Of a stretch of 64,000 nt of DNA, positions 17,625-28,419 are shown piece after piece. This stretch comes from a virus. Taxonomy: Duplodnaviria; Caudoviricetes. The translations under genes and the position numbers were made by a program. The stretch covers positions 32,001-96,000 of the IMG/VR virus record IMGVR_UViG_3300037247_001786. One strand, given 5' to 3'. A model generated the notes under the pieces. It searched no databases. It saw only the letters and a program-made list of their open reading frames with translations, and was not told the DNA's origin. Positions within the stretch are counted from its first letter, which is position 1; each line of letters begins with the position of its first letter.

Positions 17625-20600
17625 ATGACAGAGAGCAGAATAACGTACAGTTACGAAGAGGCATTTGAAGAAAGTAAAAATTATTTTAACGGTGATGAAC
17701 TTGCTGCAAAAGTATTTTTAGATAAATATGCATTACGAAACGATAAATTAGAATTATTAGAGCCGACACCCAATGAGATGTTTCATAGGATTGCGACCGA
17801 GTTAGCACGAATTGAAAAGAAGAAATTCAAAAAACCTATGACGTATGACGAGATAATGTCATATATTAAAGACTTTAAACGAATTATTCCTCAAGGGTCT
17901 CCGATGGCAGGTATCGGGAATCCTTATCAATTTGTAACTATTTCTAATTGTTATGTAGTAGAATCGCCAGTAGATAGTTATGCTGGTATCATGAAGACGG
18001 ATGAAGAAATCGTTCAAATATCAAAACGTCGAGGTGGCGTAGGAACCGATATTTCTCATCTAAGACCAAATGGGACCCCAACTACTAATGCCGCCCGAAC
18101 TTCTACTGGTATTATTCCTTTTATGGAACGCTACTCTAATACAATTCGAGAAGTGGGGCAATGTTTATACGAAGACACGCTCGTACTAACTACCTCTGGA
18201 CTTAAATTGATATCAGAAGTTAAAGAAGGAGACAAGGTATGGACGCAAGAGTCCTGGGTAAGTGTTAATAAAATTGTAACGAATTCGAAACCCTGTATCA
18301 AAATCAAAACAAAACATGGGAAAGAAATTATATGTAGTAAAGAACATATTTTTCATACAACTGATGGAGAAAAAAAATCTATCGACTTTAAAGTAGGAGA
18401 TGAGATTACACAGATTGTCGGAAGAGGATGGAGTGGGAAGGATGTTCGTCTTAACTATAACGGCTATAGTAAAGATGAATATAATAATTCAAATAGATTA
18501 AACGAAAAAATATCTCTTCCAGATATTTTGGATGAAAAATTGTCTTATGTGCTTGGCTATAGCTATGGAGACGGCTCTGTCGAAAGACAATTAAATGGTA
18601 AAAATAACTGCCTCTCCTTGTCTTGCTCTGACGATTGGCAGGACATTAAGACCAAATTATCCAAAAATATTAAAGATACTTTTAATTATGATGTGAAAAT
18701 AAAAAGCCACGACGAAGCATGTGAAAGTTTAAGACTATTCTCTAGATTAATATTAGACTTCTTAGAGAGTAATGATGTTTTAAAACAAAAAGCAGGAAAT
18801 TTAATTTTTCCCGAAAAACTATTAGAAGCAAAGCAAGATATAATTTTTTCATTTTTGTCAGGATACTTCGATGCAGATGGATGTGCTCAAAAATCTAAAA
18901 AAGTTTATAAGATAGCATCTATTGACGATAATTTCCTTTTGATTATACAAAATATTTTATCAGCATTTGGCATCGTAAGTAAAATTCATAAATATAATCG
19001 CCCACAAGATAAATGGCAAGATATTTATTCATTATCTATTAACGGTCAGAAATCCCAAAAAATATTTAAACAACTGATGTCTCAAAGTGTAAAGATAAGC
19101 AATACTACCATTGGAGATAAAATTAGAGATTTTACAAGAAGTATTTACAAAACTGCTGATTTTGAGACTAATTCGAGTAGACACTCTTACATTATAGATA
19201 ATAATCAGTACATATCGTATTCCACTTGCGATAGGCTAAAAGAGGATTTGGACTCGAATAAAAACATATTTTTATTACAAGATGAAGTGTGTTCAATAGA
19301 GGAATACTCTGACGGCGAAAAACAAAATGTTTATGATTTATGTCTCGACTCTGAACATTTATTTTTTGCTAATGGACTGTATGCCCATAATTCTGGCAGA
19401 AGAGGAGCATTAATGCTCACCTGTTCTATCCATCATCCAGAAATTCTTAACTTCGCTAACTCAAAAAGAGATTTAACCAAAGTAACTGGGGCGAACATCT
19501 CCATTCGTCTTTCTGACGAGTTTCTTCAAGCAGTAAAAGATGGAAAAGAATACGAAATGCGTTGGCCTGTAGATTCTAAAGAACCAGAAGTATCAGAAAT
19601 GATTGATGCTCGTACAGTTTGGATGAAAATAGTAGAAAACGCTCATGCAACTGCTGAGCCAGGTCTTTTGTTTTGGGATAATATTATAAATGAATCTCCA
19701 GCAGACTGCTATGCGGACTTTGGGTATAAGACGACATCGACGAACCCCTGTGGTGAGCTGCCTCTATGTCCTTATGATAGTTGTAGACTTCTACTTCTGA
19801 ATCTTTTGACATATGTTAAGAATCCATATACAAGTAAAGCATATTTTGATTATGACGGATTTTACGCTGATGCTCAAATAGCTCAACGTTTCATGGATAA
19901 CTTAATTGATATCGAAATAGAGATGATTGAAAGAATTATCGCGAAAATTAAAAAAGACCCAGAAAGTACTGGCGTTAAATCAAGAGAGCTTGAACTATGG
20001 AAGAAGATGAAAGATGCTTGTGCTAATGGCAGAAGAACCGGGACGGGTATTACGGCTCTTGGGGACACATTAGCAGCATTAGGCTACAAGTATGGTTCTA
20101 ATAAAAGTATTGAAGTTACAGAAGAAATCTATAAGACTTTAAAACTTGGAGCTTACCGTTCTTCTGTAGATATGGCTAAAGAACTCGGTGCATTTAAAGT
20201 TTGGAATCACGAACTTGAAAAAAACCAAGCCTTCCTTAATCGCATTAAAGAAGAGCGTACTGATATATGGAACGATATGAAAAAGTATGGCCGTAGAAAT
20301 ATCGCCTGTTTAACAACCGCTCCTGCTGGCTCAGTCTCTATCTTGACTCAAACAACTTCTGGTATTGAACCATTATATATGATTAGTTTAGTAAGGCGTA
20401 AAAAAGTTAATCCAAATGATGAGGGAACCAGAGTTGACTATCGAGACCAAGCAGGTGATTGTTGGCAAGAATTTGAAGTTTATCATCCTCAAGTAGAAGT
20501 TTGGAAAAAAGTTACAGGTAAAACGGATATTAAGGAATCGCCTTGGTACGGATGTTGTGCTGAAGAAATTAATTGGCAAAATAGAGTTAAACTTCAAGCG

Positions 20601-21308
20601 AGTGCAAATAGGCATGTTGACCATTCTATTTCGTCAACTGTTAATTTACCAGAAGATGTTACCGTCGAAGAAGTAGCTAATATTTATCAAACAGCTTGGG
20701 AAGCAGGGACTAAAGGCATTACCGTTTATCGTAAGAATTGCAGAACTGGCGTTTTAGTTGAAAAGAAAACAGTTCAAGAAGAAATGATTCAATATCATGA
20801 CGCACCAAAGAGACCTAAAGAATTACCTTCTGATGTTTACCATGTGAGCGTTAAGGGACATCCTTATTTCGTTTTGGTAGGAACTCTCTATGGAGAACCT
20901 TACGAGATTTTTGCGGGAGACGATAAAGATAATAGAATTTCGAAAGCAATTAGAAAAGGAATTATAAAAAAACATAAGAGAGGGAGGTACGGACTTTTTA
21001 ATCCGATAGACCCAGATAATGCTATCCATCCTGATATCTCAGCATATATCGGAGAAGAATACGAGACTATCACAAGATTAATTTCTTCTAATTTAAGACA
21101 TGGTTGTAATGTGGGTTTCGTTGTTCATCAATTAGAAAAAACTAAAGGTGATTTAATGTCATTTAGCAAGGCTGTTGCTAGGGTATTAAAAAAGTATATT
21201 AAAGATGGAGAGGCCGTCTCTGGAGAGGAATGTGCAGAGTGCGGTAGTAAGCTAATCCGTCAAGACGGTTGCATTTTATGTCCTTCCTGCGGTTTTTCCA
21301 AATGCTAA
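17625..21308 (+). CDS. nrdJ: ribonucleotide reductase, probably class II (adenosylcobalamin-dependent), with intein
   Basis: SNCYV, GRRGA, TNPCGE, TTAPAGS, C-terminal KRPKEL domain and CPSCGFSKC zinc ribbon; no small-subunit gene seen in the window. Confidence 0.88.
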   Translation: MTESRITYSYEEAFEESKNYFNGDELAAKVFLDKYALRNDKLELLEPTPNEMFHRIATELARIEKKKFKKPMTYDEIMSYIKDFKRIIPQGSPMAGIGNPYQFVTISNCYVVESPVDSYAGIMKTDEEIVQISKRRGGVGTDISHLRPNGTPTTNAARTSTGIIPFMERYSNTIREVGQCLYEDTLVLTTSGLKLISEVKEGDKVWTQESWVSVNKIVTNSKPCIKIKTKHGKEIICSKEHIFHTTDGEKKSIDFKVGDEITQIVGRGWSGKDVRLNYNGYSKDEYNNSNRLNEKISLPDILDEKLSYVLGYSYGDGSVERQLNGKNNCLSLSCSDDWQDIKTKLSKNIKDTFNYDVKIKSHDEACESLRLFSRLILDFLESNDVLKQKAGNLIFPEKLLEAKQDIIFSFLSGYFDADGCAQKSKKVYKIASIDDNFLLIIQNILSAFGIVSKIHKYNRPQDKWQDIYSLSINGQKSQKIFKQLMSQSVKISNTTIGDKIRDFTRSIYKTADFETNSSRHSYIIDNNQYISYSTCDRLKEDLDSNKNIFLLQDEVCSIEEYSDGEKQNVYDLCLDSEHLFFANGLYAHNSGRRGALMLTCSIHHPEILNFANSKRDLTKVTGANISIRLSDEFLQAVKDGKEYEMRWPVDSKEPEVSEMIDARTVWMKIVENAHATAEPGLLFWDNIINESPADCYADFGYKTTSTNPCGELPLCPYDSCRLLLLNLLTYVKNPYTSKAYFDYDGFYADAQIAQRFMDNLIDIEIEMIERIIAKIKKDPESTGVKSRELELWKKMKDACANGRRTGTGITALGDTLAALGYKYGSNKSIEVTEEIYKTLKLGAYRSSVDMAKELGAFKVWNHELEKNQAFLNRIKEERTDIWNDMKKYGRRNIACLTTAPAGSVSILTQTTSGIEPLYMISLVRRKKVNPNDEGTRVDYRDQAGDCWQEFEVYHPQVEVWKKVTGKTDIKESPWYGCCAEEINWQNRVKLQASANRHVDHSISSTVNLPEDVTVEEVANIYQTAWEAGTKGITVYRKNCRTGVLVEKKTVQEEMIQYHDAPKRPKELPSDVYHVSVKGHPYFVLVGTLYGEPYEIFAGDDKDNRISKAIRKGIIKKHKRGRYGLFNPIDPDNAIHPDISAYIGEEYETITRLISSNLRHGCNVGFVVHQLEKTKGDLMSFSKAVARVLKKYIKDGEAVSGEECAECGSKLIRQDGCILCPSCGFSKC
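18162..19391 (+). mobile_element. intein with LAGLIDADG homing endonuclease (410 aa)
   Basis: Begins CLYEDTLV after EVGQ and ends FFANGLYAHN before Ser (SGRRGA); blocks LGYSYGDGS and LSGYFDADG. Confidence 0.95.
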
Positions 21309-21328
21309 AATAAGAACAATAGGAGATT

Positions 21329-21928
21329 ATGATGTCAATGTTTTTTGACAGATGGAAAGAAGAAACAGATTTAACGTATGTGCAAGAGGTTATTGCTCAT
21401 ATCAAATTTAAAACAATAGAATATTTTAAAAATAGGAGAAAAAGTATGACATGTAATTGTAGTAAGGAAGTAATATTAAAAATTAAGAAGACAGATGAAA
21501 AAGCAGTAATTCCTAAATATGCTCATAAGGGAGATGCAGGATTCGATTTCAGTGCTATCATATTTGAGAAAAGTTCTATGGGTGAATATATAGATGAAAT
21601 AACAGTTTCTCCAGGAGAGAAGTATATTGTCAATACTGGGCTGTCTATGGCTATACCTAGTGGCTATGAGCTACAGGTTCGCCCCAGGAGCGGTTTAGCA
21701 TATAAGCACGGTGTAACTGTTATAAATAGTCCAGGCACGATAGATTCAACTTACAGAGGTACTGTGATGGTCATCTTACTTAATACGGGTACGTCTCCTT
21801 TCAAGATAAAGACTGGAGACAGAATCGCTCAAGGAGTAGTTAATAAACTTCCAAGTGTAGGTATTGTAGAAGTGGAAGAGCTGGACGATACGGAACGAGG
21901 TAAAGATGGATTTGGGAGTACGGGATAA
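21329..21928 (+). CDS. dut: dUTPase (trimeric); second AGGAG-ATG start at 21446
   Basis: AGFDF, RPRSG, GTIDSTYRG, RIAQ, RGKDGFGSTG motifs. Confidence 0.93.
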   Translation: MMSMFFDRWKEETDLTYVQEVIAHIKFKTIEYFKNRRKSMTCNCSKEVILKIKKTDEKAVIPKYAHKGDAGFDFSAIIFEKSSMGEYIDEITVSPGEKYIVNTGLSMAIPSGYELQVRPRSGLAYKHGVTVINSPGTIDSTYRGTVMVILLNTGTSPFKIKTGDRIAQGVVNKLPSVGIVEVEELDDTERGKDGFGSTG

Positions 21929-21951
21929 CTACTAAAATATATTTAGATTTT

Positions 21952-21987
21952 AAAAGAGCATTCTCTTCGGAGTTTGCTCTTTTTTTT
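21952..21987 (+). terminator. intrinsic terminator
   Basis: AAAAGAGCA...TGCTCTTTT hairpin with TTCG cap followed by a T run. Confidence 0.8.
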
Positions 21988-22147
21988 CGCGAAAATCCAA
22001 AATAGAGGATTTGTCGATATAAATACAATATTTTATTACTTCATAAGAGACTTCTGCTTTAGTGGTCTTTATTATCTTTTAGAGGTTTTTAAAATTAATT
22101 ATTGAAAACAAATGTATCAAAAATAATATAAAAAGGCATATTTATAG

Positions 22148-24004
22148 ATGACTATAAGCAAAAACAACTTTGTCGTAGTATATATAATTGGAGCTACAAA
22201 TAGCCTCGAATTTGCGGAATATTACGCCGAAAAACATAATATGGACACTATAAATCGCAATCCTTCATCTGGGGAAAATAGTGGATCTATTAACAGTATT
22301 AATTGGGAAGTTAATGGACAATTAATCGGAATCGAATCAGGAGACACTACGGAGATACTTCCTTCAGAAGATTCATTTAATACAAATATATTAAATCCAT
22401 TAAAAGAGGCTCTAGAATCACCTGAGTTAAGAGATAGAAGTATATGGGGAATAGTATTGGGATTTAGAGTTCCTGGTGGATATTATTATATTAATGAATA
22501 TCTAGGAGAGCATACTATCTCTTCTACATCACGTATCTCAAGAATTCATCATGATTTTGAATTGCAATTAGATAATAGATTATATAATAGACAGGTTTTC
22601 AAACGATTTGACCAGGATGATGCAGATTTTGCTTTAATCTGTTCTAGAATAGATGCTCCAACTTTTCTTCAAGCGAAAGAATTTATTGATAATGCAGAAG
22701 AGTTAAGAAGGCAATTATTTGTAGGAGGAACATTCTATATAGACCCATATTCAGACCAGATAGGATCTGATGCAGATGAATATAAAACACTATTAGAAAA
22801 CTTTAGAGATTTTTCTTTGCCAAAATTAAATTTAGATAGTTTCGGCACACAGTTTATTGATCCCTATATCGATGTTACAATACCTTTTGTTCAAGACGAT
22901 TCTTTCGTCTGGTCGTGGATGTCTGGTCAAGCAGATGATGACTTTTTTCAATTTACAAGTTATCCGAGAGCCTTCTTTTATAATGCTGACCTTAATGGGG
23001 GAGCAACTATAAGAAATGAAAACAGTAAAACCTGGCCTATACTTTCAATGAGAGCTGGTTACGTTTGCTGTGCATCTTCTATGTCAGACCCAACTATAAG
23101 TAGTTTCTTGAATCCAATTGCTTTTTACAATGCCCTTTTTAGGCAGGCAACAATAGGAGAGGCTTATCTTTTTAGCTCTCCTTCTGTTGACTGGACTATA
23201 GCTCTTTTTGGAGACCCAATTGTCGCTGTTGGTTTTCCTCAAGCTGTATTAGAAGATACCGAAACATTAGATGATAATCAGTTATGGGAAGTTTCATCTA
23301 AGAATACCTCTAGAATAGCTGCTCAACTTTGGCAAAAAGAGCAAGATCTAGATGATATAAGAATAGCCATAGTCGATTCTCAAATAATAGATGTGGAGAT
23401 AAATCTTCTCCGTCCTGCCCATGAACTATATTCAATGTATTCTTTGCAAAATAGAAAATCATTATTATCTATCCCTGTTAATAGTCTTTTTAATTATCCT
23501 ATTCAGATATATAATGGAATATTTGGGGTAAGTGTTAAGTCTTTGGAAGACTATCTTAATTTAACAGAATATAAAGTTAGCGAGTTGCTTTTAGAAATAA
23601 ATGAGCAAGACATTTCTATTGATAATATTTATGAAGAGGGTTGGTGGGAATTAGAGCATACAATACAAGATAATTATTTTGGTTTTGTAAATTATCATTT
23701 TATATTAGAGATGTATGATAATGAAGACATGACTGGTCCTCCTATTTTTTCATCAGATAGCTCTTCTCTTGATGGATGGTCTTATGAGTTATCTCTTGGC
23801 AATTATGCTGTTCTGCCTATAGGGGGAGTCCCGTCCAGTTACATAGATAGAAAAGTAAGGTATCAAAGTAGAAAAGATGATCTAATAAGTCTTAACGAGT
23901 ACCAGATGAGAGGACAGACCTATTATTTTAGAATTAGACAATACAATGCTGTTCTTGGGACACTTTTTCCTTGGACTAATTATAGTGATATTATTTGGAC
24001 ATAA
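22148..24004 (+). CDS. TIGR03790-like protein
   Basis: VVVY...S.EFAEYYAEKH, CSRIDAP, TIGEAY.FS.P..DW...FGDP pattern recalled from TIGR03790 proteins; not searched. Confidence 0.55.
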   Translation: MTISKNNFVVVYIIGATNSLEFAEYYAEKHNMDTINRNPSSGENSGSINSINWEVNGQLIGIESGDTTEILPSEDSFNTNILNPLKEALESPELRDRSIWGIVLGFRVPGGYYYINEYLGEHTISSTSRISRIHHDFELQLDNRLYNRQVFKRFDQDDADFALICSRIDAPTFLQAKEFIDNAEELRRQLFVGGTFYIDPYSDQIGSDADEYKTLLENFRDFSLPKLNLDSFGTQFIDPYIDVTIPFVQDDSFVWSWMSGQADDDFFQFTSYPRAFFYNADLNGGATIRNENSKTWPILSMRAGYVCCASSMSDPTISSFLNPIAFYNALFRQATIGEAYLFSSPSVDWTIALFGDPIVAVGFPQAVLEDTETLDDNQLWEVSSKNTSRIAAQLWQKEQDLDDIRIAIVDSQIIDVEINLLRPAHELYSMYSLQNRKSLLSIPVNSLFNYPIQIYNGIFGVSVKSLEDYLNLTEYKVSELLLEINEQDISIDNIYEEGWWELEHTIQDNYFGFVNYHFILEMYDNEDMTGPPIFSSDSSSLDGWSYELSLGNYAVLPIGGVPSSYIDRKVRYQSRKDDLISLNEYQMRGQTYYFRIRQYNAVLGTLFPWTNYSDIIWT

Positions 24005-24045
24005 ACGATGATTATAATAATTGATAATTTAGTGGGGATAGTATA

Positions 24046-25053
24046 GTGCCAAGTACAGGTTTTAAACTTCCGAATAACGCAGCCGATGGTAATATCTATT
24101 CTGGTGGGTCATCTTGGAATAATCCTTTTGAAATTATAGTTGGTGGTTTTAATACTACATGCTCTCTGGGTCCATTTGGCGATACAAATAGTTTAGAGGG
24201 ATTTGACTTTGATTTTTCTAGTATTCCTAATGATGCAACTATTGACGGCATTGAAGTCAGAATTACTAGAAAGACAGATTTCTCAAATGAAGTCGATGAT
24301 AGCCAAATTAAGCTTATGCGTACATCGGTGGCGATTTCTGGTTCAGATAACAAAGCTGCAGCAGGATTTTGGCCTACAACCTTGCAATCAAAAACTTATG
24401 GAGGTTCAACACAAGACTGGACCGCAAATTTAACTGTATCAGATGTTAAAGATAGTTCATTTGGAGTGTATCTCGTTGCCAAAGGACACCTCGCCGGAGC
24501 AACTGCCGAAGTGGACACTTTCGAGATGAATGTCCATTATACGGAGGCTTCAAGCAGTTCGAGTTCTTCAACAAGTTCAAGTAGTTCAGTAAGTTCTTCT
24601 ATGAGTTCTTCTAGCAGTTCTACAAGTTCAGAAAGCTCCGAAAGTTCATCAAGCTCTTCAAGAAGTTCTTCAAGGAGTGATTGGAATATTTTTTACGTTG
24701 AAATCGAGAGGCTTATAACTAGTTCACAATTGAGAGATGCTGAAACTTTATTATTATACGATATAATTATTGCGACTATTGGTACCTCTTCATTATCAGA
24801 TCGCAAAGGGTTAAAAACTTCGTTTACTGAGTCCTATATTATAGGTAAAGAAAATAATACTCTTTATAACGAAAATTATTATTTAAAAAATATTACTTTT
24901 GTTGGAACCCTTCAATCCTTGGTAGTGGACAATTTCGGATCAGTTGACTCATTTTACGAGACAGAGGATATCATCGTTTCTTCTACTTTTGCTGAATTAT
25001 CAGAACTGGCTGGATACCCCATTTCTCAACAATATATAGAGGATGTTTCTTAA
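24046..25053 (+). CDS. putative virion surface protein with Ser-rich linker
   Basis: FDFSSIPNDATIDGIEV...YGGSTQDW beta domain followed by poly-Ser; GTG start. Confidence 0.55.
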   Translation: MPSTGFKLPNNAADGNIYSGGSSWNNPFEIIVGGFNTTCSLGPFGDTNSLEGFDFDFSSIPNDATIDGIEVRITRKTDFSNEVDDSQIKLMRTSVAISGSDNKAAAGFWPTTLQSKTYGGSTQDWTANLTVSDVKDSSFGVYLVAKGHLAGATAEVDTFEMNVHYTEASSSSSSSTSSSSSVSSSMSSSSSSTSSESSESSSSSSRSSSRSDWNIFYVEIERLITSSQLRDAETLLLYDIIIATIGTSSLSDRKGLKTSFTESYIIGKENNTLYNENYYLKNITFVGTLQSLVVDNFGSVDSFYETEDIIVSSTFAELSELAGYPISQQYIEDVS

Positions 25054-25073
25054 AAATCAAGAATATTTAAATT

Positions 25074-26948
25074 ATGGCAAATAAAAAAATAGACACAAAA
25101 AAAGATGTTACAGATATAATTAGCTCTATGAGACAAGGTATTTCTAAATCTGTCCATAAGAAGATACCTGACATTATGACTTTTGTAAAAGACCCTGATT
25201 GGTTGGGGTTAAATTTAAATTTATACCCTGTGCAGCAAATAGCTTTAAAGTGTTTCTATAGGGGATCTCTTGGGAATGAAGATCTTACCTTAAATGAAGC
25301 TGAATTAAGACTTTTAAAACAATTAGGGTGTAATACTAATGATAGAGGGAATGTTTTACAAAAATATGAAAGCGGAGAAGTATTTAAAGATTTGGTTTTA
25401 GTATGGGGTAGGCGTAGCGGAAAAGACTTTTGCGTTTCTATCATCGCCCTATATGAGGCTATGAAACTGCTTGAATGTCCTGGGGGAGATCCTTACGCTA
25501 TGTACGAACTTGGCGACGCTAATACTATTAACATCGTTACGATAGCTAACTCTCAAGAACAGGCTAAACTTGCTTTTTCTGAAATGAGAGCCAAACTTCT
25601 TAAAAGTAAATATTTTAAAGATAAATTTTTACCAGATGGATTTACTGCAAATTCCCTTTATCTTTTAACTCCAAAAGATAGAGAAGAAAATATAGAAAGA
25701 AAAGCAAAAAAATATCCTCTTAAAAAAGGATCTATAGGTCTTATAGTAGGTCACTCTAATTCTGATTCATTACTTGGTATGGGATGTATCGTTCTTCTTC
25801 TTGACGAAGTTGCAACCTATAAAAATGCTGACAAAATTTATCAGGCGATGCAACCGACTATTGCAACATATAATAGAAGGGAATATGCAACAGATGAGAA
25901 TGGTGATTATATTTATGATGAATTTGATCAAAAAGAAGTTCATAAAACCCATTATGATGGAAAAATAATTAGCATATCATCTCCTAGAGGTAAAGAAGGG
26001 AAATTTTATGATTTATATAAAAAAGCCCCCACGACAGCTAATAGATTAATGATGAGACTTGCCACTTGGGAAGTTACCCCTCAAAGAAGAGCTGAGTTAA
26101 GAAAAGAATTCTCCGCTATGTCAGATGGTGAATTTAACATGGAGTTCGGTGCTGAATTTAGCGGAACCGGCATGGAGAACTTCTTCTCAGAAGACCAGGT
26201 TAATTGGTGCTTTACAGGGCATAATCTCAATGTAGTCGATATAGGAAGACCAGGAAATGTGTATTTTGCACATTTCGATCCCGCTACATCTAGTCATAAT
26301 TATGCTCTTGTTGTTTTGCATAAAGAATTCTATATGAATCCAGACACCAGAAAAGCAGATTTTATTATAGTTGTAGATCATATAAAATATTGGCATCCGG
26401 TTGCTGGCAAAGCTCTAGATGTTTTTGAAATAACTAATTATCTTGTGAGTTTAAAAAGAAGGTTCCGCATAGGTCTTTTAACTTATGATCAGTTTTCTTC
26501 TCAAGAATGTATATTAAAATTGAGAAAAGCAAGTATCCCAAATAAGTTAATGAGATTTAATCGTCCTCAAAAAATGGCAATGTACAAGGAATTAGAGAAT
26601 CTTATAAATGGAAAAAGATTACTAATACCATATCACCCGTTACTGAGGCAAGAGATGATAGAGCTAAAAAGAAAATTCGACGCCGGTGGATTTAAAGTTA
26701 TGCCTAAACAAGAAGGCGATGGGGCAAAGAGCGACGATATTGTCGATTGTCTTGCAGGAGCCTGTTTCTCAGCTATTGAGAAACAGATAAATAGGCTACC
26801 TAAAGCTAAAACTGTAAGCATCGGCGACGGAGCCGCTAACAATATAGTATGGAGAAATATGCAAGGAGGGGTACAGGGGATAGGGCCAGGAGGACAAGTG
26901 GCAAAAATGCAGGAACGGAGGGCATCTTGGCCTAACTATAGAAGATAA
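25074..26948 (+). CDS. terL: terminase large subunit
   Basis: Walker A WGRRSGK, Walker B LLLDE, ISSPRG, nuclease HFDPA and KSDDIVD. Confidence 0.92.
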   Translation: MANKKIDTKKDVTDIISSMRQGISKSVHKKIPDIMTFVKDPDWLGLNLNLYPVQQIALKCFYRGSLGNEDLTLNEAELRLLKQLGCNTNDRGNVLQKYESGEVFKDLVLVWGRRSGKDFCVSIIALYEAMKLLECPGGDPYAMYELGDANTINIVTIANSQEQAKLAFSEMRAKLLKSKYFKDKFLPDGFTANSLYLLTPKDREENIERKAKKYPLKKGSIGLIVGHSNSDSLLGMGCIVLLLDEVATYKNADKIYQAMQPTIATYNRREYATDENGDYIYDEFDQKEVHKTHYDGKIISISSPRGKEGKFYDLYKKAPTTANRLMMRLATWEVTPQRRAELRKEFSAMSDGEFNMEFGAEFSGTGMENFFSEDQVNWCFTGHNLNVVDIGRPGNVYFAHFDPATSSHNYALVVLHKEFYMNPDTRKADFIIVVDHIKYWHPVAGKALDVFEITNYLVSLKRRFRIGLLTYDQFSSQECILKLRKASIPNKLMRFNRPQKMAMYKELENLINGKRLLIPYHPLLRQEMIELKRKFDAGGFKVMPKQEGDGAKSDDIVDCLAGACFSAIEKQINRLPKAKTVSIGDGAANNIVWRNMQGGVQGIGPGGQVAKMQERRASWPNYRR

Positions 26949-27016
26949 AATAGAGGATAACTAGATGAAGATCAGAAATCTAAATATCTTTATAATAATT
27001 TAAAGAGGGAGTTAAA

Positions 27017-27652
27017 ATGTCAAAATATAATTTAAGTAAAGAAGCAAAAAAATCAGGATTTAAGAATTATAACAAAATGATAGAAGATAATGTTCTGGTT
27101 CCAGCAGGAGATATTGCGGAAAAAAATATCAACATAAGTTTAGAGACTAAAGATAAAGACAACACAGTTCCATATGAGGTACAGTTAGAAGCTTCAAGGG
27201 ATGGTAAGGATAATCTCATTATTGCTGAAAAGGCTTTGAACGAAAACGAAAAAGTGTATAATGAAAAAAGACTAGATCAAACTGGCGATGTTATGCCTAT
27301 AAATCTTGAAACTATCAAACATGAACAAAAGAAAGAAGAAGTTTATAGAAAAGCGGCTACTGATGGAGATACTGCTTTTTGGGATAAATATCTTAATGTA
27401 TCAGTTGGCGAAACAAAAGTTGATGTTAACGTTCCTATTAGCCAATTACATAATGTTTCTGATAGGTTTAATAAGATTGATGATGCGACAGATGCCAAAT
27501 ACGATAAGATGGTTTATGCGTCTTTAAAAGATGCTGATGCTATGTTATTCCACATTTACGCTACAGCGTCAGGAAGAGACTTGACAGTAGAAGAGAAACA
27601 ACAAGTAGTTGATATTAACAGCGGCAAAGCAAGACTTTTAATGGAAAAATAA
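27017..27652 (+). CDS. hypothetical head-module protein (MSKYNLSKEA N-terminus)
   Basis: GGGAG RBS; position after terL. Confidence 0.7.
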   Translation: MSKYNLSKEAKKSGFKNYNKMIEDNVLVPAGDIAEKNINISLETKDKDNTVPYEVQLEASRDGKDNLIIAEKALNENEKVYNEKRLDQTGDVMPINLETIKHEQKKEEVYRKAATDGDTAFWDKYLNVSVGETKVDVNVPISQLHNVSDRFNKIDDATDAKYDKMVYASLKDADAMLFHIYATASGRDLTVEEKQQVVDINSGKARLLMEK

Positions 27653-27654
27653 TT

Positions 27655-27894
27655 ATGCCTAATTGGTATGAAAAAGCTAAAGCACAGCAACCTGACACTT
27701 CAAGGTATGTAGGCACTATGATGGCTGACATCGAGATTCCTGCCCAAATAGATAAAGAACAAGAGGTGGCAACTGCTAAGCACGTATTAGATAGTTTTCT
27801 TCCTGAATCTACGGATGCTAGTGCTAGAACTGCTATAGAATCAACCGTTAATATTCAAGTTATAGGAGTCGAACAGCGTGGTCAATTGGTATAA
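27655..27894 (+). CDS. small protein with MPNWYEKAKAQ leader
   Basis: Leader resembles MNWYKIAQ. Confidence 0.65.
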   Translation: MPNWYEKAKAQQPDTSRYVGTMMADIEIPAQIDKEQEVATAKHVLDSFLPESTDASARTAIESTVNIQVIGVEQRGQLV

Positions 27895-28294
27895 ACAATC
27901 TCGTAGGGGGAATATTCCACTAATGGATCAAGACGAAAAAGAGAGGAGAACTACTGACATTGGTATTGTCCAGCCTTTTCTAGGCTCTAATGACAGACAG
28001 ACTAGCGATGGTAAGGGATATCCAAAAGGAATTAGTTCAGATGATGATTATGTAGATGATAAAAATGGAGGATCAGGACATAACGAACTTCCTTCTGGCA
28101 GAACAATTCTTGACGACGACATTTCGGCTGACCCAGGTCAGGGCGAGGGGGCTAATGATGAACGTTTTACCGACCCTATTGACCAGGCACCTAAAAAGAA
28201 GATGGAACCTGCAGGACCTCATAATATGCAAAGGGGTGGAATTTTTGACGATGTGGCTAAAAAAACAAGAATGCGAAGTTTAAACAAAATATAA
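27878..28294 (+). CDS. disordered acidic protein with MVNWYKQS leader
   Basis: AGGAG 9 nt before GTG; NWYK leader. Confidence 0.65.
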   Translation: MVNWYKQSRRGNIPLMDQDEKERRTTDIGIVQPFLGSNDRQTSDGKGYPKGISSDDDYVDDKNGGSGHNELPSGRTILDDDISADPGQGEGANDERFTDPIDQAPKKKMEPAGPHNMQRGGIFDDVAKKTRMRSLNKI

Positions 28295-28314
28295 TTTTAA
28301 TAAAAAAAATAGTT

Positions 28315-28342
28315 AAAAGCCTCTATTTTTAGAGGCTTTTTT
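28315..28342 (+). terminator. intrinsic terminator (possibly bidirectional)
   Basis: AAAAGCCTCT-ATTTTT-AGAGGCTTTT-TT. Confidence 0.8.
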
Positions 28343-28419
28343 AATATAAAATCAACAAAAAGACATGTTTCTATCGATATAATAAAGTAAAGGTATGTTT
28401 TTTTAAAAAGGAGTTAAAG

